Positions 14,167 to 29,100 of a stretch of 64,000 nt of DNA are shown piece by piece (within the stretch, counting starts at the first letter, position 1; the number at the start of each line of letters is the position of its first letter). Under the pieces are notes generated by a model that saw nothing but the letters and a program-made list of their open reading frames with translations, did not search any database and had not been told where the DNA came from. A program made the position numbers and the translations under genes. The DNA is from Auanema rhodensis. Lineage: Eukaryota > Animalia > Nematoda. Location: NCBI GenBank assembly GCA_964057225.1, contig OZ059897.1:17422001-17486000 (forward strand), written 5' to 3'.

Positions 14167-17100
14167 AATGCACTATATTACATTGAGAAACGCTTAATAC
14201 AAAAATTAGTTATGATCGTTTGAAAAATGATGCATTAGTGTATGTTGAGTTTCCATGTACACTCAACATTGCTTCCAAAAACATTTTGACAAAAATTTTT
14301 TCGAAAAATTTCAAAATAATTTAGCAAAAAGTAGATGTTTTTAGATTCCTTTTTTCAAGGCAAAGACGATGGACAATGTTATTCAACGAAAAAATTAATT
14401 CTCCAGGGTGAAAATCGAGGATATAAGTGTGAACTTATATCAGTTGATATATCGGTGCATTTTTAAGCTAGCGCAAATCTGATAACACAGATCGACGCAG
14501 CTTAAAAATCCGCATCGAATGCACTATACTACATTGAGAAACGCCTAATACAAAAATTAGTTATGATCGTTTGAAAAATTATGCATTAGTGTATGTTGAG
14601 TTTCCATGTACACTCAACATTGCTTCCAAAAACATTTTGACAAAAATTTTTTCGAAAAATTTCAGAATAATTTAGCAAAAAGTAGATGTTTTTAGATTCC
14701 TTTTTTCAAGGCAAAGACGATGGACAATGTTATTCAACGAAAAAATTAATTCTTCAGGGTGAAAATCGAGGATATAAGTGTGAACTTATATCAGTTGATA
14801 TCTCGGTGCATTTTTAAGCTAGCGCAAATCTGATAACACAGATCGACGTAGCTTAAAAATCCGCATCGAATGCACTATACTACATTGAGAAACGCTTAAT
14901 ACAAAAATTAGTTATGATCGTTTGAAAAATGATGCATTAGTGTATGTTGAGTTTCCATGTACACTCAACATTGCTTCCAAAAACATTTTGACAAAAATTT
15001 TTTCGAAAAATTTCAAGATAATTTAGCAAAAAGTAGATGTTTTTAGATTCCTTTTTTCAAGGCAAAGACGATGGACAATGTTATTCAACGAAAAAATTTA
15101 TTCTTCAGGGTGAAAATCGAGGATATAAGTGTGAACTTATATCAGTTGATATCTCGGTGCATTTTTAAGCTAGCGCAAATCTGATAACACAGATCGACGC
15201 AGCTTAAAAATCTGCATCGAATGCACTATACTACATTGAGAAACGCTTAATACAAAAATTAGTTATGATCGTTTGAAAAATGATGCATTAGTGTATGTTG
15301 AGTTTCCATGTACACTCAACATTGCTTCCAAAAACATTTTGACAAAAATTTTTTCGAAAAATTTCAAAATAATTTAGCAAAAAGTAGATGTTTTTAGATT
15401 CCTTTTTTCAAGGCAAAGACGATGGACAATGTTATTCAACGAAAAAAACAATTCTTCAGGGTGAAAATCGAGGATATAAGTGTGAACTTATATCAGTTGA
15501 TATATCGGTGCATTTTTAAGCTAGCGCAAATCTGATAACACAGATCGACGCAGCTTAAAAATCCGCATCGAATGCACTATACTACATTGAGAAACGCTTA
15601 ATACAAAAATTAGTTATGATCGTTTGAAAAATGATGCATTAGTGTATGTTGAGTTTCCATGTACACTCAACATTGCTTCCAAAAACATTTTGACAAAAAT
15701 TTTTTCGAAAAATTTCAAAATAATTTAGCAAAAAGTAGATGTTTTTAGATTCCTTTTTTCAAGGCAAAGACGATGGACAATGTTATTCAACGAAAAAAAC
15801 AATTCTTCAGGGTGAAAATCGAGGATATAAGTGTGAACTTATATCAGTTGATTACTCGGTGCATTTTTAAGCTAGCGCAAATCTGATAACACAGATCAAC
15901 GCAGCTTAAAAATCCGCATCGAATGCACTATACTACATTGAGAAACGCTTAATACAAAAATTAGTTATGATCGTTTGAAAAATGATGCATTAGTGTATGT
16001 TGAGTTTCCATGTACACTCAACATTGCTTCCAAAAACATTTTGACAAAAATTTTTTCGAAAAATTTCAAGATAATTTAGCAAAAAGTAGATGTTTTTAGA
16101 TTCCTTTTTTCAAGGCAAAGACGATGGACAATGTTATTCAACGAAAAAATTTATTCTTCAGGGTGAAAATCGAGGATATAAGTGTGAACTTATATCAGTT
16201 GATATCTCGGTGCATTTTTAAGCTAGCGCAAATCTGATAACACAGATCGACGCAGCTTAAAAATCCGCATCGAATGCACTATACTACATTGAGAAACGCC
16301 TAATACAAAAATTAGTTATGATCGTTTGAAAAATGATGCATTAGTGTATGTTGAGTTTCCATGTACACTCAACATTGCTTCCAAAAACATTTTGACAAAA
16401 ATTTTTTCGAAAAATTTCAAGATAATTTAGCGGAAAGTAGATGTTTTTAGATTCGTTTTTTCAAGGCAAAGACGATGGACAATGTTATTCAACGAAAAAA
16501 TTAATTCTTCAGGGTGAAAATCGAGGATATAAGTGTGAACTTATATCAGTTGATATCTCGGTGCATTTTTAAGCTAGCGCAAATCTGATAACACAGATCG
16601 ACGTAGCTTAAAAATCCGCATCGAATGCACTATACTACATTGAGAAACGCTTAATACAAAAATTAGTTATGATCGTTTGAAAAATGATGCATTAGTGTAT
16701 GTTGAGTTTCCATGTACACTCAACATTGCTTCCAAAAACATTTTGACAAAAATTTTTTCGAAAAATTTCAAGATAATTTAGCAAAAAGTAGATGTTTTTA
16801 GATTCCTTTTTTCAAGGCAAAGACGATGGACAATGTTATTCAACGAAAAAATTTATTCTTCAGGGTGAAAATCGAGGATATAAGTGTGAACTTATATCAG
16901 TTGATATCTCGGTGCATTTTTAAGCTAGCGCAAATCTGATAACACAGATCGACGCAGCTTAAAAATCTGCATCGAATGCACTATACTACATTGAGAAACG
17001 CTTAATACAAAAATTAGTTATGATCGTTTGAAAAATGATGCATTAGTGTATGTTGAGTTTCCATGTACACTCAACATTGCTTCCAAAAACATTTTGACAA

Positions 17101-20100
17101 AAATTTTTTCGAAAAATTTCAAAATAATTTAGCAAAAAGTAGATGTTTTTAGATTCCTTTTTTCAAGGCAAAGACGATGGACAATGTTATTCAACGAAAA
17201 AAACAATTCTTCAGGGTGAAAATCGAGGATATAAGTGTGAACTTATATCAGTTGATATATCGGTGCATTTTTAAGCTAGCGCAAATCTGATAACACAGAT
17301 CGACGCAGCTTAAAAATCCGCATCGAATGCACTATACTACATTGAGAAACGCTTAATACAAAAATTAGTTATGATCGTTTGAAAAATGATGCATTAGTGT
17401 ATGTTGAGTTTCCATGTACACTCAACATTGCTTCCAAAAACATTTTGACAAAAATTTTTTCGAAAAATTTCAAAATAATTTAGCAAAAAGTAGATGTTTT
17501 TAGATTCCTTTTTTCAAGGCAAAGACGATGGACAATGTTATTCAACGAAAAAAACAATTCTTCAGGGTGAAAATCGAGGATATAAGTGTGAACTTATATC
17601 AGTTGATATATCGGTGCATTTTTAAGCTAGCGCAAATCTGATAACACAGATCGACGCAGCTTAAAAATCCGCATCGAATGCACTATACTACATTGAGAAA
17701 CGCTTAATACAAAAATTAGTTATGATCGTTTGAAAAATGATGCATTAGTGTATGTTGAGTTTCCATGTACACTCAACATTGCTTCCAAAAACATTTTGAC
17801 AAAAATTTTTTCGAAAAATTTCAAGATAATTTAGCAAAAAGTAGATGTTTTTAGATTCCTTTTTTCAAGGCAAAGACGATGGACAATGTTATTCAACGAA
17901 AAAATTTATTCTTCAGGGTGAAAATCGAGGATATAAGTGTGAACTTATATCAGTTGATATCTCGGTGCATTTTTAAGCTAGCGCAAATCTGATAACACAG
18001 ATCGACGCAGCTTAAAAATCCGCATCGAATGCACTATACTACATTGAGAAACGCTTAATACAAAAATTAGTTATGATCGTTTGAAAAATGATGCATTAGT
18101 GTATGTTGAGTTTCCATGTACACTCAACATTGCTTCCAAAAACATTTTGACAAAAATTTTTTCGAAAAATTTCAAAATAATTTAGCAAAAAGTAGATGTT
18201 TTTAGATTCCTTTTTTCAAGGCAAAGACGATGGACAATGTTATTCAACGAAAAAAACAATTCTTCAGGGTGAAAATCGAGGATATAAGTGTGAACTTATA
18301 TCAGTTGATATATCGGTGCATTTTTAAGCTAGCGCAAATCTGATAACACAGATCGACGCAGCTTAAAAATCCGCATCGAATGCACTATACTACATTGAGA
18401 AACGCTTAATACAAAAATTAGTTATGATCGTTTGAAAAATGATGCATTAGTGTATGTTGAGTTTCCATGTACACTCAACATTGCTTCCAAAAACATTTTG
18501 ACAAAAATTTTTTCGAAAAATTTCAAGATAATTTAGCAAAAAGTAGATGTTTTTAGATTCCTTTTTTCAAGGCAAAGACGATGGACAATGTTATTCAACG
18601 AAAAAATTTATTCTTCAGGGTGAAAATCGAGGATATAAGTGTGAACTTATATCAGTTGATATCTCGGTGCATTTTTAAGCTAGCGCAAATCTGATAACAC
18701 AGATCGACGCAGCTTAAAAATCCGCATCGAATGCACTATACTACATTGAGAAACGCTTAATACAAAAATTAGTTATGATCGTTTGAAAAATGATGCATTA
18801 GTGTATGTTGAGTTTCCATGTACACTCAACATTGCTTCCAAAAACATTTTGACAAAAATTTTTTCGAAAAATTTCAAAATAATTTAGCAAAAAGTAGATG
18901 TTTTTAGATTCCTTTTTTCAAGGCAAAGACGATGGACAATGTTATTCAACGAAAAAAACAATTCTTCAGGGTGAAAATCGAGGATATAAGTGTGAACTTA
19001 TATCAGTTGATATATCGGTGCATTTTTAAGCTAGCGCAAATCTGATAACACAGATCGACGCAGCTTAAAAATCCGCATCGAATGCACTATACTACATTGA
19101 GAAACGCTTAATACAAAAATTAGTTATGATCGTTTGAAAAATGATGCATTAGTGTATGTTGAGTTTCCATGTACACTCAACATTGCTTCCAAAAACATTT
19201 TGACAAAAATTTTTTCGAAAAATTTCAAAATAATTTAGCAAAAAGTAGATGTTTTTAGATTCCTTTTTTCAAGGCAAAGACGATGGACAATGTTATTCAA
19301 CGAAAAAAACAATTCTTCAGGGTGAAAATCGAGGATATAAGTGTGAACTTATATCAGTTGATATATCGGTGCATTTTTAAGCTAGCGCAAATCTGATAAC
19401 ACAGATCGACGCAGCTTAAAAATCCGCATCGAATGCACTATACTACATTGAGAAACGCTTAATACAAAAATTAGTTATGATCGTTTGAAAAATGATGCAT
19501 TAGTGTATGTTGAGTTTCCATGTACACTCAACATTGCTTCCAAAAACATTTTGACAAAAATTTTTTCGAAAAATTTCAAAATAATTTAGCAAAAAGTAGA
19601 TGTTTTTAGATTCCTTTTTTCAAGGCAAAGACGATGGACAATGTTATTCAACGAAAAAATTTATTCTTCAGGGTGAAAATCGAGGATATAAGTGTGAACT
19701 TATATCAGTTGATATATCGGTGCATTTTTAAGCTAGCGCAAATCTGATAACACAGATCGACGCAGCTTAAAAATCCGCATCGAATGCACTATACTACATT
19801 GAGAAACGCTTGATACAAAAATTAGTTCTGATCGTTTGAAAAATGATGCATTAGTGTATGTTGAGTTTCCATGTACACTCAACATTGCTTCCAAAAACAT
19901 TTTGACAAAAATTTTTTCGAAAAATTTCAAGATAATTTAGCAAAAAGTAGATGTTTTTAGATTCCTTTTTTCAAGGCAAAGACGATGGACAATGTTATTC
20001 AACGAAAAAATTTATTCTTCAGGGTGAAAATCGAGGATATAAGTGTGAACTTATATCAGTTGATATCTCGGTGCATTTTTAAGCTAGCGCAAATCTGATA

Positions 20101-23100
20101 ACACAGATCGACGCAGCTTAAAAATCCGCATCGAATGCACTATACTACATTGAGAAACGCTTAATACAAAAATTAGTTATGATCGTTTGAAAAATGATGC
20201 ATTAGTGTATGTTGAGTTTCCATGTACACTCAACATTGCTTCCAAAAACATTTTGACAAAAATTTTTTCGAAAAATTTCAAGATAATTTAGCAAAAAGTA
20301 GATGTTTTTAGATTCCTTTTTTCCAGGCAAAGACGATGGACAATGTTATTCAACGAAAAAAACAATTCTTCAGGGTGAAAATCGAGGATATAAGTGTGAA
20401 CTTATATCAGTTGATATCTCGGTGCATTTTTAAGCTAGCGCAAATCTGATAACACAGATCGACGCAGCTTAAAAATCCGCATCGAATGCACTATACTACA
20501 TTGAGAAACGCTTAATACAAAAATTAGTTATGATCGTTTGAAAAATGATGCATTAGTGTATGTTGAGTTTCCATGTACACTCAACATTGCTTCCAAAAAC
20601 ATTTTGACAAAAATTTTTTCGAAAAATTTCAAAATAATTTAGCAAAAAGTAGATGTTTTTAGATTCCTTTTTTCAAGGCAAAGACGATGGACAATGTTAT
20701 TCAACGAAAAAAACAATTCTTCAGGGTGAAAATCGAGGATATAAGTGTGAACTTATATCAGTTGATATATCGGTGCATTTTTAAGCTAGCGCAAATCTGA
20801 TAACACAGATCGACGCAGCTTAAAAATCCGCATCGAATGCACTATACTACATTGAGAAACGCTTGATACAAAAATTAGTTCTGATCGTTTGAAAAATGAT
20901 GCATTAGTGTATGTTGAGTTTCCATGTACACTCAACATTGCTTCCAAAAACATTTTGACAAAAATTTTTTCGAAAAATTTCAAAATAATTTAGCAAAAAG
21001 TAGATGTTTTTAGATTCCTTTTTTCAAGGCAAAGACGATGGACAATGTTATTCAACGAAAAAATTTATTCTTCAGGGTGAAAATCGAGGATATAAGTGTG
21101 AACTTATATCAGTTGATATCTCGGTGCATTTTTAAGCTAGCGCAAATCTGATAACACAGATCGACGCAGCTTAAAAATCCGCATCGAATGCACTATACTA
21201 CATTGAGAAACGCTTAATACAAAAATTAGTTATGATCGTTTGAAAAATGATGCATTAGTGTATGTTGAGTTTCCATGTACACTCAACATTGCTTCCAAAA
21301 ACATTTTGACAAAACTTTTTTCGAAAAATTTCAAGATAATTTAGCAAAAAGTAGATGTTTTTAGATTCCTTTTTTCAAGGCAAAGACGATGGACAATGTT
21401 ATTCAACGAAAAAAACAATTCTTCAGGGTGAAAATCGAGGATATAAGTGTGAACTTATATCAGTTGATATATCGGTGCATTTTTAAGCTAGCGCAAATCT
21501 GATAACACAGATCGACGCAGCTTACAAATCCGCATCGAATGCACTATACTACATTGAGAAACGCTTAATACAAAAATTAGTTATGATCGTTTGAAAAATG
21601 ATGCATTAGTGTATGTTGAGTTTCCATGTACACTCAACATTGCTTCCAAAAACATTTTGACAAAAATTTTTTCGAAAAATTTCAAGATAATTTAGCAAAA
21701 AGTAGATGTTTTTAGATTCCTTTTTTCAAGGCAAAGACGATGGACAATGTTATTCAACGAAAAAATTAATTCTTCAGGGTGAAAATCGAGGATATAAGTG
21801 TGAACTTATATCAGTTGATATCTCGGTGCATTTTTAAGCTAGCGCAAATCTGATAACACAGATCGACGCAGCTTAAAAATCCGCATCGAATGCACTATAC
21901 TACATTGAGAAACGCTTGATACAAAAATTAGTTCTGATCGTTTGAAAAATGATGCATTAGTGTATGTTGAGTTTCCATGTACACTCAACATTGCTTCCAA
22001 AAACATTTTGACAAAAATTTTTTCGAAAAATTTCAAAATAATTTAGCAAAAAGTAGATGTTTTTAGATTCCTTTTTTCAAGGCAAAGACGATGGACAATG
22101 TTATTCAACGAAAAAATTTATTCTTCAGGGTGAAAATCGAGGATATAAGTGTGAACTTATATCAGTTGATATCTCGGTGCATTTTTAAGCTAGCGCAAAT
22201 CTGATAACACAGATCGACGCAGCTTAAAAATCCGCATCGAATGCACTATACTACATTGAGAAACGCTTAATACAAAAATTAGTTATGATCGTTTGAAAAA
22301 TGATGCATTAGTGTATGTTGAGTTTCCATGTACACTCAACATTGCTTCCAAAAACATTTTGACAAAACTTTTTTCGAAAAATTTCAAGATAATTTAGCAA
22401 AAAGTAGATGTTTTTAGATTCCTTTTTTCAAGGCAAAGACGATGGACAATGTTATTCAACGAAAAAAACAATTCTTCAGGGTGAAAATCGAGGATATAAG
22501 TGTGAACTTATATCAGTTGATATATCGGTGCATTTTTAAGCTAGCGCAAATCTGATAACACAGATCGACGCAGCTTACAAATCCGCATCGAATGCACTAT
22601 ACTACATTGAGAAACGCTTAATACAAAAATTAGTTATGATCGTTTGAAAAATGATGCATTAGTGTATGTTGAGTTTCCATGTACACTCAACATTGCTTCC
22701 AAAAACATTTTGACAAAAATTTTTTCGAAAAATTTCAAAATAATTTAGCAAAAAGTAGATGTTTTTAGATTCCTTTTTTCAAGGCAAAGACGATGGACAA
22801 TGTTATTCAACGAAAAAAACAATTCTTCAGGGTGAAAATCGAGGATATAAGTGTGAACTTATATCAGTTGATATATCGGTGCATTTTTAAGCTAGCGCAA
22901 ATCTGATAACACAGATCGACGTAGCTTAAAAATCCGCATCGAATGCACTATACTACATTGAGAAACGCTTAATACAAAAATTAGTTATGATCGTTTGAAA
23001 AATGATGCATTAGTGTATGTTGAGTTTCCATGTACACTCAACATTGCTTCCAAAAACATTTTGACAAAAATTTTTTCGAAAAATTTCAAGATAATTTAGC

Positions 23101-26100
23101 AAAAAGTAGATGTTTTTAGATTCCTTTTTTCAAGGCAAAGACGATGGACAATGTTATTCAACGAAAAAATTTATTCTTCAGGGTGAAAATCGAGGATATA
23201 AGTGTGAACTTATATCAGTTGATATCTCGGTGCATTTTTAAGCTAGCGCAAATCTGATAACACAGATCGACGCAGCTTAAAAATCTGCATCGAATGCACT
23301 ATACTACATTGAGAAACGCTTAATACAAAAATTAGTTATGATCGTTTGAAAAATGATGCATTAGTGTATGTTGAGTTTCCATGTACACTCAACATTGCTT
23401 CCAAAAACATTTTGACAAAAATTTTTTCGAAAAATTTCAAAATAATTTAGCAAAAAGTAGATGTTTTTAGATTCCTTTTTTCAAGGCAAAGACGATGGAC
23501 AATGTTATTCAACGAAAAAATTTATTCTTCAGGGTGAAAATCGAGGATATAAGTGTGAACTTATATCAGTTGATATCTCGGTGCATTTTTAAGCTAGCGC
23601 AAATCTGATAACACAGATCGACGCAGCTTAAAAATCTGCATCGAATGCACTATACTACATTGAGAAACGCTTAATACAAAAATTAGTTATGATCGTTTGA
23701 AAAATGATGCATTAGTGTATGTTGAGTTTCCATGTACACTCAACATTGCTTCCAAAAACATTTTGACAAAAATTTTTTCGAAAAATTTCAAAATAATTTA
23801 GCAAAAAGTAGATGTTTTTAGATTCCTTTTTTCAAGGCAAAGACGATGGACAATGTTATTCAACGAAAAAAACAATTCTTCAGGGTGAAAATCGAGGATA
23901 TAAGTGTGAACTTATATCAGTTGATATATCGGTGCATTTTTAAGCTAGCGCAAATCTGATAACACAGATCGACGCAGCTTAAAAATCCGCATCGAATGCA
24001 CTATACTACATTGAGAAACGCTTAATACAAAAATTAGTTATGATCGTTTGAAAAATGATGCATTAGTGTATGTTGAGTTTCCATGTACACTCAACATTCC
24101 TTCCAAAAACATTTTGACAAAAATTTTTTCGAAAAATTTCAAAATAATTTAGCAAAAAGTAGATGTTTTTAGATTCCTTTTTTCAAGGCAAAGACGATGG
24201 ACAATGTTATTCAACGAAAAAAACAATTCTTCAGGGTGAAAATCGAGGATATAAGTGTGAACTTATATCAGTTGATATATCGGTGCATTTTTAAGCTAGC
24301 GCAAATCTGATAACACAGATCGACGCAGCTTAAAAATCCGCATCGAATGCACTATACTACATTGAGAAACGCTTAATACAAAAATTAGTTATGATCGTTT
24401 GAAAAATGATGCATTAGTGTATGTTGAGTTTCCATGTACACTCAACATTGCTTCCAAAAACATTTTGACAAAAATTTTTTCGAAAAATTTCAAAATAATT
24501 TAGCAAAAAGTAGATGTTTTTAGATTCCTTTTTTCAAGGCAAAGACGATGGACAATGTTATTCAACGAAAAAATTTATTCTTCAGGGTGAAAATCGAGGA
24601 TATAAGTGTGAACTTATATCAGTTGATATATCGGTGCATTTTTAAGCTAGCGCAAATCTGATAACACAGATCGACGCAGCTTAAAAATCCGCATCGAATG
24701 CACTATACTACATTGAGAAACGCTTGATACAAAAATTAGTTCTGATCGTTTGAAAAATGATGCATTAGTGTATGTTGAGTTTCCATGTACACTCAACATT
24801 GCTTCCAAAAACATTTTGACAAAAATTTTTTCGAAAAATTTCAAGATAATTTAGCAAAAAGTAGATGTTTTTAGATTCCTTTTTTCAAGGCAAAGACGAT
24901 GGACAATGTTATTCAACGAAAAAATTTATTCTTCAGGGTGAAAATCGAGGATATAAGTGTGAACTTATATCAGTTGATATCTCGGTGCATTTTTAAGCTA
25001 GCGCAAATCTGATAACACAGATCGACGCAGCTTAAAAATCCGCATCGAATGCACTATACTACATTGAGAAACGCTTAATACAAAAATTAGTTATGATCGT
25101 TTGAAAAATGATGCATTAGTGTATGTTGAGTTTCCATGTACACTCAACATTGCTTCCAAAAACATTTTGACAAAAATTTTTTCGAAAAATTTCAAAATAA
25201 TTTAGCAAAAAGTAGATGTTTTTAGATTCCTTTTTTCAAGGCAAAGACGATGGACAATGTTATTCAACGAAAAAAACAATTCTTCAGGGTGAAAATCGAG
25301 GATATAAGTGTGAACTTATATCAGTTGATATATCGGTGCATTTTTAAGCTAGCGCAAATCTGATAACACAGATCGACGCAGCTTAAAAATCCGCATCGAA
25401 TGCACTATACTACATTGAGAAACGCTTAATACAAAAATTAGTTATGATCGTTTGAAAAATGATGCATTAGTGTATGTTGAGTTTCCATGTACACTCAACA
25501 TTGCTTCCAAAAACATTTTGACAAAAATTTTTTCGAAAAATTTCAAAATAATTTAGCAAAAAGTAGATGTTTTTAGATTCCTTTTTTCAAGGCAAAGACG
25601 ATGGACAATGTTATTCAACGAAAAAATTTATTCTTCAGGGTGAAAATCGAGGATATAAGTGTGAACTTATATCAGTTGATATATCGGTGCATTTTTAAGC
25701 TAGCGCAAATCTGATAACACAGATCGACGCAGCTTAAAAATCCGCATCGAATGCACTATACTACATTGAGAAACGCTTGATACAAAAATTAGTTCTGATC
25801 GTTTGAAAAATGATGCATTAGTGTATGTTGAGTTTCCATGTACACTCAACATTGCTTCCAAAAACATTTTGACAAAAATTTTTTCGAAAAATTTCAAGAT
25901 AATTTAGCAAAAAGTAGATGTTTTTAGATTCCTTTTTTCAAGGCAAAGACGATGGACAATGTTATTCAACGAAAAAATTTATTCTTCAGGGTGAAAATCG
26001 AGGATATAAGTGTGAACTTATATCAGTTGATATCTCGGTGCATTTTTAAGCTAGCGCAAATCTGATAACACAGATCGACGCAGCTTAAAAATCCGCATCG

Positions 26101-29100
26101 AATGCACTATACTACATTGAGAAACGCTTAATACAAAAATTAGTTATGATCGTTTGAAAAATGATGCATTAGTGTATGTTGAGTTTCCATGTACACTCAA
26201 CATTGCTTCCAAAAACATTTTGACAAAAATTTTTTCGAAAAATTTCAAGATAATTTAGCAAAAAGTAGATGTTTTTAGATTCCTTTTTTCCAGGCAAAGA
26301 CGATGGACAATGTTATTCAACGAAAAAAACAATTCTTCAGGGTGAAAATCGAGGATATAAGTGTGAACTTATATCAGTTGATATCTCGGTGCATTTTTAA
26401 GCTAGCGCAAATCTGATAACACAGATCGACGCAGCTTAAAAATCCGCATCGAATGCACTATACTACATTGAGAAACGCTTAATACAAAAATTAGTTATGA
26501 TCGTTTGAAAAATGATGCATTAGTGTATGTTGAGTTTCCATGTACACTCAACATTGCTTCCAAAAACATTTTGACAAAAATTTTTTCGAAAAATTTCAAA
26601 ATAATTTAGCAAAAAGTAGATGTTTTTAGATTCCTTTTTTCAAGGCAAAGACGATGGACAATGTTATTCAACGAAAAAAACAATTCTTCAGGGTGAAAAT
26701 CGAGGATATAAGTGTGAACTTATATCAGTTGATATATCGGTGCATTTTTAAGCTAGCGCAAATCTGATAACACAGATCGACGCAGCTTAAAAATCCGCAT
26801 CGAATGCACTATACTACATTGAGAAACGCTTGATACAAAAATTAGTTCTGATCGTTTGAAAAATGATGCATTAGTGTATGTTGAGTTTCCATGTACACTC
26901 AACATTGCTTCCAAAAACATTTTGACAAAAATTTTTTCGAAAAATTTCAAAATAATTTAGCAAAAAGTAGATGTTTTTAGATTCCTTTTTTCAAGGCAAA
27001 GACGATGGACAATGTTATTCAACGAAAAAATTTATTCTTCAGGGTGAAAATCGAGGATATAAGTGTGAACTTATATCAGTTGATATCTCGGTGCATTTTT
27101 AAGCTAGCGCAAATCTGATAACACAGATCGACGCAGCTTAAAAATCCGCATCGAATGCACTATACTACATTGAGAAACGCTTAATACAAAAATTAGTTAT
27201 GATCGTTTGAAAAATGATGCATTAGTGTATGTTGAGTTTCCATGTACACTCAACATTGCTTCCAAAAACATTTTGACAAAACTTTTTTCGAAAAATTTCA
27301 AGATAATTTAGCAAAAAGTAGATGTTTTTAGATTCCTTTTTTCAAGGCAAAGACGATGGACAATGTTATTCAACGAAAAAAACAATTCTTCAGGGTGAAA
27401 ATCGAGGATATAAGTGTGAACTTATATCAGTTGATATATCGGTGCATTTTTAAGCTAGCGCAAATCTGATAACACAGATCGACGCAGCTTACAAATCCGC
27501 ATCGAATGCACTATACTACATTGAGAAACGCTTAATACAAAAATTAGTTATGATCGTTTGAAAAATGATGCATTAGTGTATGTTGAGTTTCCATGTACAC
27601 TCAACATTGCTTCCAAAAACATTTTGACAAAAATTTTTTCGAAAAATTTCAAGATAATTTAGCAAAAAGTAGATGTTTTTAGATTCCTTTTTTCAAGGCA
27701 AAGACGATGGACAATGTTATTCAACGAAAAAATTAATTCTTCAGGGTGAAAATCGAGGATATAAGTGTGAACTTATATCAGTTGATATCTCGGTGCATTT
27801 TTAAGCTAGCGCAAATCTGATAACACAGATCGACGCAGCTTAAAAATCCGCATCGAATGCACTATACTACATTGAGAAACGCTTGATACAAAAATTAGTT
27901 CTGATCGTTTGAAAAATGATGCATTAGTGTATGTTGAGTTTCCATGTACACTCAACATTGCTTCCAAAAACATTTTGACAAAAATTTTTTCGAAAAATTT
28001 CAAAATAATTTAGCAAAAAGTAGATGTTTTTAGATTCCTTTTTTCAAGGCAAAGACGATGGACAATGTTATTCAACGAAAAAATTTATTCTTCAGGGTGA
28101 AAATCGAGGATATAAGTGTGAACTTATATCAGTTGATATCTCGGTGCATTTTTAAGCTAGCGCAAATCTGATAACACAGATCGACGCAGCTTAAAAATCC
28201 GCATCGAATGCACTATACTACATTGAGAAACGCTTAATACAAAAATTAGTTATGATCGTTTGAAAAATGATGCATTAGTGTATGTTGAGTTTCCATGTAC
28301 ACTCAACATTGCTTCCAAAAACATTTTGACAAAACTTTTTTCGAAAAATTTCAAGATAATTTAGCAAAAAGTAGATGTTTTTAGATTCCTTTTTTCAAGG
28401 CAAAGACGATGGACAATGTTATTCAACGAAAAAAACAATTCTTCAGGGTGAAAATCGAGGATATAAGTGTGAACTTATATCAGTTGATATATCGGTGCAT
28501 TTTTAAGCTAGCGCAAATCTGATAACACAGATCGACGCAGCTTACAAATCCGCATCGAATGCACTATACTACATTGAGAAACGCTTAATACAAAAATTAG
28601 TTATGATCGTTTGAAAAATGATGCATTAGTGTATGTTGAGTTTCCATGTACACTCAACATTGCTTCCAAAAACATTTTGACAAAAATTTTTTCGAAAAAT
28701 TTCAAAATAATTTAGCAAAAAGTAGATGTTTTTAGATTCCTTTTTTCAAGGCAAAGACGATGGACAATGTTATTCAACGAAAAAAACAATTCTTCAGGGT
28801 GAAAATCGAGGATATAAGTGTGAACTTATATCAGTTGATATATCGGTGCATTTTTAAGCTAGCGCAAATCTGATAACACAGATCGACGCAGCTTAAAAAT
28901 CCGCATCGAATGCACTATACTACATTGAGAAACGCTTGATACAAAAATTAGTTCTGATCGTTTGAAAAATGATGCATTAGTGTATGTTGAGTTTCCATGT
29001 ACACTCAACATTGCTTCCAAAAACATTTTGACAAAAATTTTTTCGAAAAATTTCAAAATAATTTAGCAAAAAGTAGATGTTTTTAGATTCCTTTTTTCAA

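Noticed and set aside
14167-14520. SatB as a dimer of SatA-like subunits
   Set aside because: Comparing the two halves at 175/176 offset by eye shows no similarity; only short AT-rich words are shared.
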